In this document: positions 15,501 through 28,043 of the stretch, in pieces
How the letters are laid out: each line of letters starts with the position of its first letter
Numbering within the stretch: position 1 is the stretch's first letter
Origin: Balanoglossus misakiensis
Lineage: Eukaryota > Animalia > Hemichordata
Length of the DNA stretch: 64,000 nt
Reading direction: 5' to 3'
NCBI GenBank assembly: GCA_040954595.2
Contig: CM082596.2
Coordinates: 6,460,791 to 6,524,790, forward strand
Made by a program: the position numbers and the translations under genes
Notes under the pieces: model-generated
Seen by the model: the letters and a program-made list of their open reading frames with translations, nothing else
Told to the model about the DNA's origin: nothing
Database searches by the model: none

Positions 15501-18110
15501 ACTGTCTGTCCGATTGCAAGTCCTTGTTGTGACTGGTCGTTGGACAAGCCGAGCCCGGATATCGGCAGGGTGAAGTTGGCATCGTCGAGGTCGCTGTCAT
15601 CCGTGAGGAAGGCTACCACCCTGAAGTTGACCTGTGACCCCGCTACAACTTCAGGAATGCTCCCGGGTCCATAGTTGGAAGCTTGGGCTACCAGTCGAGT
15701 CTGCGTCCGCACGTCTATCGGAAATACGTTGCCGGACAGTGGCGTGACCACTAAATTCGCCAGCTGCAAATCTGTGATTTTTAGAGAGAAAATATGAAGT
15801 GAAAATAAGGTGCACTTAGTTAAAACGTCCAAATATTAGGGCAAATCGAGGTTATAGTAATGGTGGACTGGAGGAGTGACCTTACCTAGATCCAACTCTG
15901 GGCAGATTTTCGATCCAGTTTCAGAACTGTTGAACGGCAGACAAATGTAATTATTGCTGAGGTCCGCATCGACATACACCTGGGAGGTTCTGTTCCGAAG
16001 AACCACGTTGAGGCACATGCTCTTGAAAGCTCGGCAGCGACTCGTCGGAGTTGGGAGCGTGACTGTAGCCACGAGGGACGAGACGTCGATGGGAAACCCG
16101 TAGACGAGCTCCTTTCTGAGATTTGTAGCGGACGACTCGTCGACCAGGACTTCCATACGGTCGGTGCTCAGGGAAAGGTCCGACTCGTGGTCGATGAGGA
16201 ACAACTGGAACTGGTAATTGTTGTCCGTGCTCGACGCCATTACTGACTCGCTGCCGAGGTTGACTAAATGTGTGTCCACTGTGATTGTTGTCGGAACAGC
16301 GATGTCGTAGGAAACCTGGGAAGGATCCCGTACTTCAAACGACTGCATTGCTACATCTGCAAGAAATGTGGTATCAAATGTTGAACACTTTCACCTGCCG
16401 ATTTGTCTACCACGACGAGAAATTATTTTGATACCCAAATCGTCCCGCTCTTTGCAAGGAAAGTGTACACTTGTCTGATAATAGAAAACCTTCACTCTGA
16501 CACTAAAACTAGTCTCCAGAATTAACCTATACATTTAAGACTTCTCTTTCTAGTTTTCAAGTTTTGAAACAATATCATATGTAGTATAGTATGAATAATT
16601 GTAAAATTGTCGTTGGCATTACCTGTTCCAACTGTAGGACAACCAAGTTTTATACCAGCACCACCTCCAGCCACGCTCTTCAACTCTAGACAAACGTCTT
16701 CATCCCCAAAATTTCCCTCTTCCACATCCGTCCTATCTAATGTTATCTCAATGCAGAGGTGCGTGACGCGTCTACACAGGTCGCTGTTCAGTGGAACAGT
16801 CGCTGTTGCCTCGAACGAGGGTAAGGTCAAAGCTTGCCCAGGCTGCAAAGCGTGATCGAACCTGACGTCATTTCCGTCTTGCAAGATATTGAACGTGGAC
16901 GACTCCAGGGTAGGGCCGTCGGTGAGGTAAATTCTCGGCGCAAAGTTGTGCTGTCCCGTGGGAGGCGTGCTCACGCTGTGCTGACCGTTGTTCCTTATCT
17001 GTACCTCGAGGGTGAATGTGGACGCAACCCCCGGCATGTGCGATAGAGAAATGGGGTTCAGGACTTGGCCAGACGTTGTTTGAATGTCTGGAAGTTAAAG
17101 ATGAAAGGAACGACATTTTTGCATAATAATCTAGAATTACTAGAGGGACTATTTGAAAATTCAGCAGCTCTTTGAAAATTAATGTTCTAGCTTTAATTCT
17201 TATTTCCCAAATTAAGTACACTTACCTATGAAACATTCAATCTGACCAATTTTCCCCTCGCTGAGTGGTCCAAACTCTGCGCACTGTATATTATTGTCGA
17301 AGTTGGGGTCAGAGTATCTGGTCGTGTTAACAAATACTATCTCCAGGCAAAGGTACTTGACGAACTCACAGTCTTCCGAGGGAGTGTTGATAACCGCGTC
17401 GTAGTCAGTTCCCCCAAGCGTGTATCCTACCGGTGCAGCGGACTTGAACAGCTCCACCATGTAGTCGCTCAGAGCGGCCGGGCCCATCGCCTTGAAATAC
17501 ATGGCGGTATTCGGGTCGGCGGAGTCGGAGAGGTAAACGTTCATAGCGAAGTTCATCCCATCGCCCTCGGGCTCACCTACGGGGTCGGGGCCGCGGTTTC
17601 TGAAATTGACAGTCGGCAGGACCTGTGTGTCTGTGTCCAGTGGTATCTTGTCCACCAAACCATTGACAACGAAGAAGACTATGTCCAAATCTGCGGGACA
17701 GGTGGGGAAAATGCCAGTCAACGTGTTGAGCAATAGGTGTCACATTGAACTGTGTGCATTCGTCTTGTGGTACAGTAATAGACCTGGGTACTGCCATAGA
17801 ATCGAGGAGGAACACCTCACCCCATCAAACATAAACGTACACATTGTAATTCACAGCCAGGCATGGTGTCCTTTAATTGCTACAGAATCCTGTTATCACA
17901 ACATTAAGATATTATCATACATGTACTTAAAGTTTTGTATTGGTAAACTATATTACTACGTTGTCCCAACGACAGACTGAAATAAATACTAGCTTCGCAT
18001 TACAATACACCCCACTTGGTACCAAACTCACCAACTTCTGCGCACGGACACCTCTCCTGAAGAAGGAACAGGACAAAGGCAATTATCAGATGTCTGAAAG
18101 GAGGCGCCAT
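12523..18110 (-). CDS. Uncharacterised type I membrane protein A: signal peptide + 7 four-Cys CARDB/Ig-like repeats + Thr/Arg/Pro stalk + TM + short tail, ~1195 aa
   Basis: Signal exon 18110-18032 (MAPPFRHLIIAFVLFLLQERCPCAEV). Repeat exons 17690-17226, 17087-16623, 16356-15886, 15771-15331, 15085-14633, 14499-14044 and 13772-13317 (all phase 1-1). Stalk/TM exon 13119-12885. Last exon 12589-12523 (KFRKGLHGKSYENTQPEFQVER*). AATAAA-type signals on the minus strand near 12375-12405. Confidence 0.88.
13155..13273. repeat. (TACA)n microsatellite in intron
   Basis: Direct reading. Confidence 0.97.
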
Positions 18111-19717
18111 TTTCTTTCACTTGCACTTGAACAGTTGGTTCTTGATTGCATCGCTCTGAAAACGACGAAATGCACGTTGAATGATAACTGCATGTGTCGT
18201 AAACAAGGCGTTAAGCTGGAGAAAACTTGCATGTTGTGAGAATGACATGTATACTATATAATGGTGACTTGGTATAGGTAGCAGGTGACCAGGTCAGGTC
18301 AAGGTGCTCCAGTTGGCACAGATGACCCATCACCGTGCTGTTACAAAAGCATGGAAAACCTTGCAACAGTGAAAGCCAAGTGTCGACCATCTCAAGTGGA
18401 TGATTTGTATGTGCAGCCTTTATAGCTTACACTTTTGAGTGGAGGGCCACTCGACGGCAGCGGGCTGTTACTGACGTATAGGCTGACCACTGTTTACCCT
18501 GCCCGCCCAACTTCACTTTCATTGAGTGGTGTAGCTATAAAAAACTGGGTGTGGTTCTATCGCGGTCGTCAAGTTACCTTAGGTGTGGTTACGAAGAACA
18601 GTTAATTACAATGGAGATCGAATATTCGTACCAACAATTGCATTGATTATTGTACGACAGGATAAATATATCTCACTAAGGCGTTACACAACGTACATAT
18701 GAAAATACGTCATTGGGTGTGACGTACATAGGCCTATAGAGCGAAGAGTTTCGGGTCATCGCAGCCTATGGTGTTTAACACCGCCGAGGTTTGATTTGCA
18801 CCGACCCTCCCATGCCTTGACCTCTATCGTTTGTTTGCTTACAAGCTGCCACTCGGATTGTTAACACTCCACCCCACCCCACCCCACACCACCCACCCAA
18901 TCCAGATCAATGAAGTTGATATATAGATACGTGTACATTGTACTTGTGTTTAGTTCAGTACTATGTTTTTAAACTACTGTGCAAAGACGAACAAAGAGTT
19001 CGACCATGAGAATTAATGTTTCAACACTATCGAGAATTCTTTGGATGGTTGTACAGGGCAAAGTGTGTTAGCATTTTCACTGGTGTGTCTTCTCCGTTGG
19101 ACGAAGTGGTGTTAGTACTATGGAATCATAGAGTCTTGCCTCTTGCACCACTAACGTACCAAGTTCGTTGAAGTCGGATAAACGTGTTGAGCTCGCCGAA
19201 ATACAGTCCAGTGCTTTGCTACGTGCACACCCGAATGAAAGTCCCAGCCTTTGGTTTCAAGGCAGTGCGTCATTAATAAGGACCGCTGCCTTAAATAGTT
19301 TACATTTTCTGGGCTCACGGGACCATGACGCGACCTTTGACAATTTACTTTGATCAAAATAATAAGAGGTACAGGTTCTTCATTTGTCACCCAACACGCG
19401 ATTCCGTTCTCATTTTGCTTAAAACATATACAAATGAGTCAATATTATTATAGCCATAAACATTTAAAAACATCTGTTTTTCTCTAATGACCAGAAGGTA
19501 AGGTATGCTTGTGAGTGTGGTTTCTTTTTTGGGGCGGGGGGGGGGGGGGTCTTTGCTGGTGGGCGTGGAGTGGTAGAACAATGACAAAACTTTTTGTTGG
19601 TATCAAAACATAATGGCTGAGATAACTCGTTTGTAGACTAAAGGTGCATACTCGACGCTCTACCTAAAACCACCCGACTGTCACGTTTATAAAAGTAATA
19701 CTGTGTACAGTGACCTA

Positions 19718-19927
19718 CCTTTTGAAAAGTATGGACTGTGAAGTTCTCGTCTCTGAATTTGGCTGTTCGGTAATGGTCTGTGTGTATTTTCTTCACGGGG
19801 CAGACTCCACTGCAACTGCTGTGGGCTTGACAGGCATTCAGTATGATGACCTGACCCCTGCTTTTCAGGAGCCCTTTTCAGTGTTAAGCTGTTCAATGTT
19901 TTCTTTCTCTGTCCACCTCTCTCTGTC
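19718..19927 (-). other. Probable non-coding 5' UTR exon of gene A
   Basis: Bounded on the minus strand by a pyrimidine-rich acceptor (ccttcttcag) and a donor (AAAAG|gtaggt). A matching acceptor (cgtcgttttcag) lies ~45 nt upstream of the gene A ATG. Confidence 0.35.
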
Positions 19928-22031
19928 TGAAGAAGGACACACCTATGTGCCTGCGCGATAAAGAGAGCCCCACTGCGGCATTCTTTTCGTGTGAATAATG
20001 AATCGGCACCCAAGCATTCAGAGACGCAAATACAAGAAGCCGAGAGAAAGTGCATGTCGCCACCTATAGGCGAAAAAAAAACACGGTTGGTTGTACACTT
20101 GGTCTTATAGTGCATTGGGGGAGCAAGGTAGATTGGCAAGGGTACTCTGCCCCAGGGCAGCGAGTAAACAGGCGAATCACATGTATACAAAGAAAGGGAA
20201 TACGGTAATGAGCAAACCATGCAGGCAGACAGAGTCAGCAATCAGGCAAATTGCCTCTGATAAATTTTCACTTTCCTAATCACGTTACACGTTATGATTA
20301 CTAAGGCCAGCCACCTACAGGTTGACCCGTGAGTTCCCTTCTCAACAATGGGGTCCATCTGCTCCCTGTACACATAGGGCCGTAAAGGAATGTCTATTGA
20401 AATTTGAATGAGTTCGTTTGGGCGTCGTCAACAATTGCTGTAGTGTGTGCACTCGGTCGGCCATTGTGTGTGGTTCGCTTATGTGGCCATTTGCCGTTTT
20501 TTGAAAACACGATAAACACCTACTACAGTAGCTGTTCCGATAAGGTGGCTGTAAAGATGTTCACGATGCCGTTTCGTGACCTTAAATTTACGTCCCATCG
20601 ACAGGGTACGCTCAGTTGGCGACTCTTCCCATATGTTAATACATTTTGAGGGTCAAATCTTGGTCCTGTACGTACCCCCGTATACATACAAAATTACATA
20701 CGTACATACACAATCGCCTTGTATATTGTGATAGATTTTCCTGTAAACATAATTCTTTATTGAAAATCAACGCCGATTAAGCTTACTTAGCATTGCTTGT
20801 TCTGTAAAAGATTACATGTATAATACCATAAAATCCAAGCTTTTTCTTTGTGAAAACTGAAGGGAGTACATTCCTAAAACATATACAAAATTTATTGTAG
20901 AGAAGTTCCGTGATCAATTGAAATTTCACTGAGACATCTACCTATAGTGAATAAAAACGAACGCCAGTCTGAAATTGTAAATATAGTTACAACGCTGTCG
21001 GTTATCGATTCGACAACACATAATTGCTGATGCTCTTATTGAGTATTGAAAGGCCAAATTTAAATTATTTTGGTGTAGTCAGTCACGAGGTAATGTTAAG
21101 TATCAAAGGGAATGAATTTAAAATTAATTAAAAGTTTTGCCGAAGTTAGTTAGAGGAGCCAAATTATTATTTGCATTGGAATGGTCACTGCGATAGGGTA
21201 GTACATGAAAAAAATTATTTTGAATGATCTGTTGTTATGGATAGAAAGCAAAATACAAGAAGTGCTGTAGCTATGAATACATACACCATACAATAGATCA
21301 CGCCATATTAAAGTTAATAATTTAAATAAGAATTAAAAAGTTACAAAATTCAAATCTTCACGTTTTTTATTATATCTACAAATGAAATCATAAAATCCAT
21401 TATACTCAAGCCTTATGGCATGGTGCAATAAATCTACTTATGAGGGTTTTGAAAAAAAGACATAATTTCGGTAAAAAACGCATTGATATCCACGGTTATT
21501 AATAGTAGGCCTGAAAGTGTTCTTAATAAATCACATACCCAAAGTGTCAGCTCGTGTAAACAAATCAGAAAAGCGTACGCCCAACAGTTCCATAGCGTAT
21601 GCTGGGATGTGCTTTGGGTTGAGAATTTGGGTTTCAGATAATGGGGTACTATTACAAGTACATCTATTCGATTTTTGCTGTCATAAATGAACACTAATGA
21701 ATTATCGTGCATGACCACTGTGTGACCCGACATTTGGACATTTTCTTTAATACGTACGCAATAGCAGGTAAATATTTGTGGAGGGTGTGGTGGGGTGGAA
21801 CTTACATGTCTTCTCATTTCTTTTCTTTCTATAAATATCGCACACCTCTCGACTAATATTTTTATATGACTCTTGCAATAGCAGGGATCATGAACGTGGC
21901 AATATAATAGAATGCTAAATGACAGCTATCATGAAACAACTTAAGCGAGACTTGTACATGCGAAAAGCAACTAATGACAGAGAATCCATTCCTGTTCCTC
22001 TGTTCATTCTTCCGACTGTGCTCTGCTAGAT

Positions 22032-25000
22032 CTACGCTGACAAATATTTGGGACTGCGTCTGTAACGTAAAAGCAAAAGTGAACTCCCGTCAGTAAATCA
22101 ATGGCACATTTCTAAACCTTTTTCGCTGATTAGGAATAAAAATTGTGCTTTCAATGTCGAGCTGGCATTCATACATAGACAGATAGACAGACACTACTTA
22201 TAATATCACGCCACGTTTTCTTTATTTGGCAAGTCTGTATACTTACTTCTTACATCCATTGCACAATGCCACTGTGACGCCGATAAGGACAGCGACAATT
22301 ACTACCACTATGATAATAATTGTATATTCTATGGGTAGACCTCTGGTGCGTTCGTCGGCGGGAGATTCCTCTGCAATATGAATGCATTGTACAAGAGTTA
22401 AGCCTGTGTCACGCGTTAATTATAGCTTTTGGACAAATGTGTGTATTTGGATGGATGGATGCATGAATGGATGGATGGATTTATGGGGATATCAATAACT
22501 TATCTATGACATGTTAAGTTAATATTGAGATTGATTGCAAGATCGCTCATTTAAATTTTAAACCAAATTGATGAATACATACCCCCTACACATATAGGAT
22601 CGAAAGCCATACACGTCTTGTCGTTTGGTTCGTAGCCGTCGATGTACACTTCTTCGTTGTGGTCGATTCGGAGGCAGATGTGGGTCAGGTCTTGGCAGGT
22701 GTCCGCGTCCTCGGGAACGACGACGGTGATGGTGAAATCGGGCAGGCTGACCGTCACCGTTGAAGCAACTTCGTGGACCATGGTGGTCTCCACCACCGCC
22801 TGTTGGATCACGCGGGTGGCCCTGTCCAGGTTGCCGCTGTTGGTGAGGTAGATCACCGGGCGGAAGTTGTACTTGTCGTCCGGGGCGTGGGGGAGGCTGA
22901 GCGCTCCGTAGTTGTGGACGGTCAGCTCGACCAAAAGATCGGTGTCCTGTCCGGCCGGGTAGCGGGGATTCGCCGGTTCGACTACTCTCAGCCTGATAGC
23001 CGCAATATCTGAAATAGAAGTGGGCGCTTTGAGTCGGTTGATATTTCACTGACGAATGTACAACGTCTGCCATGTTCTTCGCTTTTGGCAGATGGTTGTT
23101 TGTAGAGTTCGCCAAAAGAACTTTGGCATCATTCGGATTGTTTGATCGCTTTTGAAAGTACATGCAAGTGATTGTGTTCACTGATGACAGCAATACAGTT
23201 GTGCGATGCGAGGACAGATAAGTTTGAACCCGGTCTACTTACCGATGAAGCACGGGATCACTCCCGCTTTGCCGTCGCCAACGAGGCCGAAATCCAGACA
23301 GTCGTCGTTATTGGTGAGGTCCGGATCATTGAACACGGAGGTGTCGCTGTTGCTAACGGTGACGTAGAGGCAGATGTGAGAAATCGACGTGCACTCATCG
23401 AGGGGGATGTGGATGGTCGCGCTCTCCGTGTCCAGGGAAATCTGCTCCCCATTACTGATGGCCCGCCTCAGGGACGCGACGTCCAAGTTCAAGTTGGGCA
23501 GTTCTCTCTTGTAGGAGGCGTCCTCGAATTCCGCGTTGTTCGTCAAGTAGGCAGTCACTTCGTAGTTGACGGCGGGCGCCACGGCTTCCGGCAAATCGCC
23601 CGCCCCGTTGTCGGTGACCGTTATGGAGATATGGGCGTTGGTGTCCACGTCGAAGTCGTACGTCGGGACTTCTGGCGACACGATCAGATCGTCGGCGCTG
23701 AGATCTGTAGGTACAAGTTACCGTACGGAACAAATGAGACGGGTCTGTCATGCATTAGTTTGTTGACTCATGATTGCACCGAGATAGAAAATGAAATAAG
23801 AACGATGTCAAGGTTTTAAAACGTATGTCTTGGTTTTCAGCGATAAGCTTAGACATTCGTATTTAGAACAAAACCGCCCTAATATTCCTTACGTTCAGAC
23901 TCGCAAATCTTAACACCACTTATAAGCGTCAAGTGTCGATATAGCACATAATCACAGTTAGTGGAAACACTGCCGATGGCCTTAGTTTGTACCAGGTGCC
24001 ACTTTGGCCATTGGGGAATTCAGAATCTGGTCCAGGCTACTGAATAAATGTTAACGTTCTCTTACCTACGCTTACGTCACACGTTTTGACACCGGCGTAT
24101 CCCTGCGCCACCGGGCCGAATTCGATGCAGACGAAGTCGTTGCTGGGGTCGACGTCGACGTACTTGGCGGCGTCGTGCGTCAGCTCCACGCAGAAGTGGG
24201 TCAGTTCCTCGCACGTGGCCTTGACGATGGGCATGGTGACCTTGACCGAGGTGGTGGGTAAGGTCGGGGTGTCCGGCTTGCCGGGAATGCGGTTGGTGAA
24301 ACCGTCGCTGGTCACGGTGGCCGGCAGTTTCGCCGTGGCCTGGTTGATGTCCGCGTCGTTTGTCAGGTACACGACCGCGACAAAGTTGTGGCCGTCTTCT
24401 GCCTGGTCGACGGCCAGCCCTCCTTCGTTGGCCACCGAGAGCAGTATGACTATGTCTGTTTCGAAGCCTGGCTTGTACGTCAAATCTGTCGGTGTCCTCA
24501 CCTCAACAGTCGTGGCGTTGATATCTGAAAATGTTTCGTTCGAATTATTGTCTGACAATATCAATCAATCAATCAATCAATGTTAGAAGACATTCGTGTT
24601 GAACAGAATGCGAGGGCGATGTGTACTCATGATAGATGTCACTCTTCAGTTCTTGGATACAGTCTGTTGATGCTGAATGCTGTTGATTATGAATTTGCAA
24701 GGTGTTTTATTGTTTCTCAGGGCCCCAGTAATTTTTACAAGAGGTGTGTATATGTACATGTACAGTGTGTGTACTTCTTACCGACAAAGCATTCTGTTTC
24801 GCCGGCTTTCCCTTCGGCAGTGGGACCGAATTCCACGCATCGCTTGTCGTTTGAAGGGTCCTTGTCGGTGTAAATGCTGTTGTCGTCCAGAGACACCGTA
24901 ACGCAGAGATACAGCATCTGCTCGCAGGAGTCTTCGGGAATGAGGACGTTGGTGGCCGAAACGAGGATGTCGGTGACGCCGTCCGCGTCGAGGCCTTGCC

Positions 25001-27900
25001 TAAGCTGAGTGACGTTGATGGTGGGAGGGTGTGGATTTTGCAGGATATGAATGTTTTCCCCGTCGGACAGCCAGACGGACACCACAAAGTTTACGTTCGG
25101 GTCGTCTGCCTCGGGAAGGTGGCCAGGCCCGGCGTTGGTGACCCGGACAGCGATGTCGGTTGGCACATTGGTATCCAGCGGATACGGTTCCTGAGATGGC
25201 GTGAATGTCACCTGGGTGGGCTGGAGATCTGCGAGAAAATTAAGAACAAACCGTCTAAAATGGCAATCCCAACCGTGGATGTTATTAAAAGCAAATTCGT
25301 GTTTTATTCCATATTATGCTTTCATATCCAGTACCCCGCTTGTCAAATAATTCGGCATGTGTACTGACCGTCGTTGGCTCAATTCAATTCTGACAATTTT
25401 CAACGATATCAATGCATGACCGTGACAAGGCTAAACACTTGAGTGTTTCGTCATTCTTTTTGGATAAAAAGAAAGAAATCCTGAAAAAAATAGCCAAAAG
25501 TTACAGCTAATGGAGCAACATTGACCAAATTTTCACACTCAGGGAACTGTGTTCATCAGTCATTAAACGATATAGGAGGGATTGGTACATTTGATAATCA
25601 CGTGGATATTTTTTCCCGATTTCATTGCTGTTTCTGCGACGGTCTGCTGTAACAAAGGTTACTTGTCAATGAGAGGACAAATGACGCGGGATTTACCTAT
25701 GTCCAAATTTGGACAACTCTTGTTTCCTATCATGTCCCCAAATTCTTGGCAGACGACATTGTTGTCGGTCACGGTCTCCGTGTAGGGAGCGTTCGGCCCC
25801 TTCACTACTTTCAGACAGACGCTCTGGTAGGCCCGGCACAAGTTGGTGTCTGCGGGCAGAGTGCACGTGGCCACGGCGCCGTTGGTGTCCAGGGAGTCGC
25901 CGTACGCCAGGCCCGACTTCAGGTTAGTGGTGACCCCCAGATCCATTTCACAGGGATAGGTCATCGTGGCCTTGTCGAGGTCGTCGCGGTGGTTACTCAG
26001 GTGAACTTCAAAGTCGTAGTTGTCTGGGCCGTTGGATGCTGAGATGGCGTCATCGCCAAGGTTGACAATGAAAGCGTCGACAGTGATGGTATTGTCAGCA
26101 CCAATATCGTATATGGTAGTTTCCCAATCACGAACTTCGAATGACTGGATCTGTAAGTCTGCAATTAAAACAAGTACATGTACATGTACTCGAACTTAAT
26201 ACGTGGAATCTAGTCTGCACTCGCGTACGAAATGTTTGTTTGCTTGTTTTACCTGAGTGTACAGTAACTGTAGCTCTTATTCAAGAGCGAAACGATGTGT
26301 TTAAAAGTTTGGTTACTGACGAAATAAAACTAGGAGTAAAGATTTCATATAGATTGATTTGACTTTTGACTGTTTGGTGAAACGATGTTAGTTGTATTTC
26401 TCTTACCTATCCCGTCTATTGGACATCCGTATATCACACCAGCCTTTCCGTCAGCAACGCTGCCAAACTCAAAACAGTAGTCGTTGTTGTCCTCGTCGTA
26501 ATCAGTGTAGTTGCCGACATCCTTCGTTATGACCACGCACATGTGGGTGATCTGTGAGCATATGGCGTTGTCCGTGGGCAGCAGAATGTCCGCGTTGAAT
26601 GTCGCCAGTGTCATGTTTGTATCCGGGGCCACGTCGTCGGTGTAGCGTTGGGTGAGGGCTCCTTGCAGCACTGTGACCGTGGCGGTCTCGAACTGGCCGC
26701 TGTTTGTGAGGTAGACCTCCGGTTTGAGGGCGAAGTTGCCGGCGCTTTGGACGTCCAACGTGATGCCGCCGTTGTTCTGGATGGTGCTTTGAAAAGTGAC
26801 AGTTTCAGCGGTGCCAGCGAGGTAGGTGATGTCGGCCGGAGCGGTGACGAGAGATTTCGTATTTTCAATATCTGTCAAGAAAGTAATCAAACGTCATTCT
26901 GGGAGAACTGCGGCTCGGGCATCATCAATATTATGGTCAGAGATCACCAGCCCAAGTGCAGGCCAAAGATCATGATATTGCCCTCGCTAACATGTGTTAT
27001 TATTTAAATGTTGACCAATCGATACACTCGACAGATATCTCGTCAGAAGAAATTGAACGTTAAGTAACGTGGCCGCGGCTTACCTATATAACACTTGAAT
27101 ATTCCTATATTGTCATTTTCAAAATTTACAGGCAGGGGCAAGGCGAATTTTGCGCAGTATATGTTGTTGTTCAAATCGGGGTCGGTGAAACCATCCTTAA
27201 CCAAGACGGCCTCAACGCAGAAGTAATCCACCTGTTCGCAGGAATCCGACGGGATCTCAATGTTCACTTCGTCCAGGGTGAACCCACGGGAATGACCCAC
27301 GAACACTTCTTTCCGGAGTTCACCCTCGATCAACGAGTCGAGGCCCAGGAACCCCAGTGACAGTGCGAATCTTGCGTCTGCCTCTCTTTTGTCGGGGTCC
27401 GAGGACAGGTAAGCTTTGATATTAAAGTTGAGGTCGGTTCCGTTTGCTGCAGTGATGTCGTCCGGTCCGTTGTTATGGTAATTAATGACGGGTTTGAGTT
27501 CACTGGGCTCATCCAATGGTATGATTTCATTTATGGCGTTCACTCGCACAAACACCATTCTAACATCTGTAAGACAATGATATACATAAGTTTTGCTCAC
27601 TAAAAACCAAACACAAGCCATTCATTGACACAAGCTTAGCAACCGTCCCCATTTGTCCCGTATTCTATCACTTTATATCAGTATTGTTTTTTCGTGCCCT
27701 GGCTACAGATGTTTCATTCTACTCTCCATCCCCTCCCTCAACCCCGTATGTCTGTCTGTCTGCCTGTCTCCCCCCTCTCTCTCTCTCTCACACATACACG
27801 CACACAAATTTCAGGAATTACCTGCTTCTTCTGCGTGGCAAAGTAGATTACAACTCACACAGAGAAGAAAGAGGACCCGTAGTTTGGTCTTACGCTCCAT
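22032..27900 (-). CDS. Uncharacterised type I membrane protein B (paralogue of A): signal peptide + 7 four-Cys CARDB/Ig-like repeats + TM + very short tail, ~1144 aa
   Basis: Signal exon 27900-27822 (MERKTKLRVLFLLCVSCNLLCHAEEA). Repeat exons 27566-27084, 26871-26407, 26158-25697, 25228-24782, 24524-24066, 23704-23243 and 23008-22583 (all phase 1-1). TM exon 22370-22247 (RTRGLPIEYTIIIIVVVIVAVLIGVTVALCNGCKK). Last exon 22059-22032 (RSPKYLSA*). Exon count and phases are the same as gene A. Confidence 0.88.
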
Positions 27901-27975
27901 TCTGAAGTATAAAAACAAAGGTGTTGTGTTATTTTTTTAATTTTACCATAATGAAATTACGCAGACAATGCTGAT

Positions 27976-28043
27976 ATCACATCACATCACATCACATCAC
28001 ATCACATCACATTACATCATATCACATCACATTACATCATATC
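27976..28043. repeat. (ATCAC)n pentanucleotide microsatellite
   Basis: Direct reading. Confidence 0.9.

Noticed and set aside
12523-27900. Bacterial contamination or recent horizontal transfer of CARDB-like genes
   Set aside because: The genes have canonical spliceosomal introns in one-domain-per-exon phase 1-1 organisation and sit among animal genes. Any prokaryotic relationship would be ancient.
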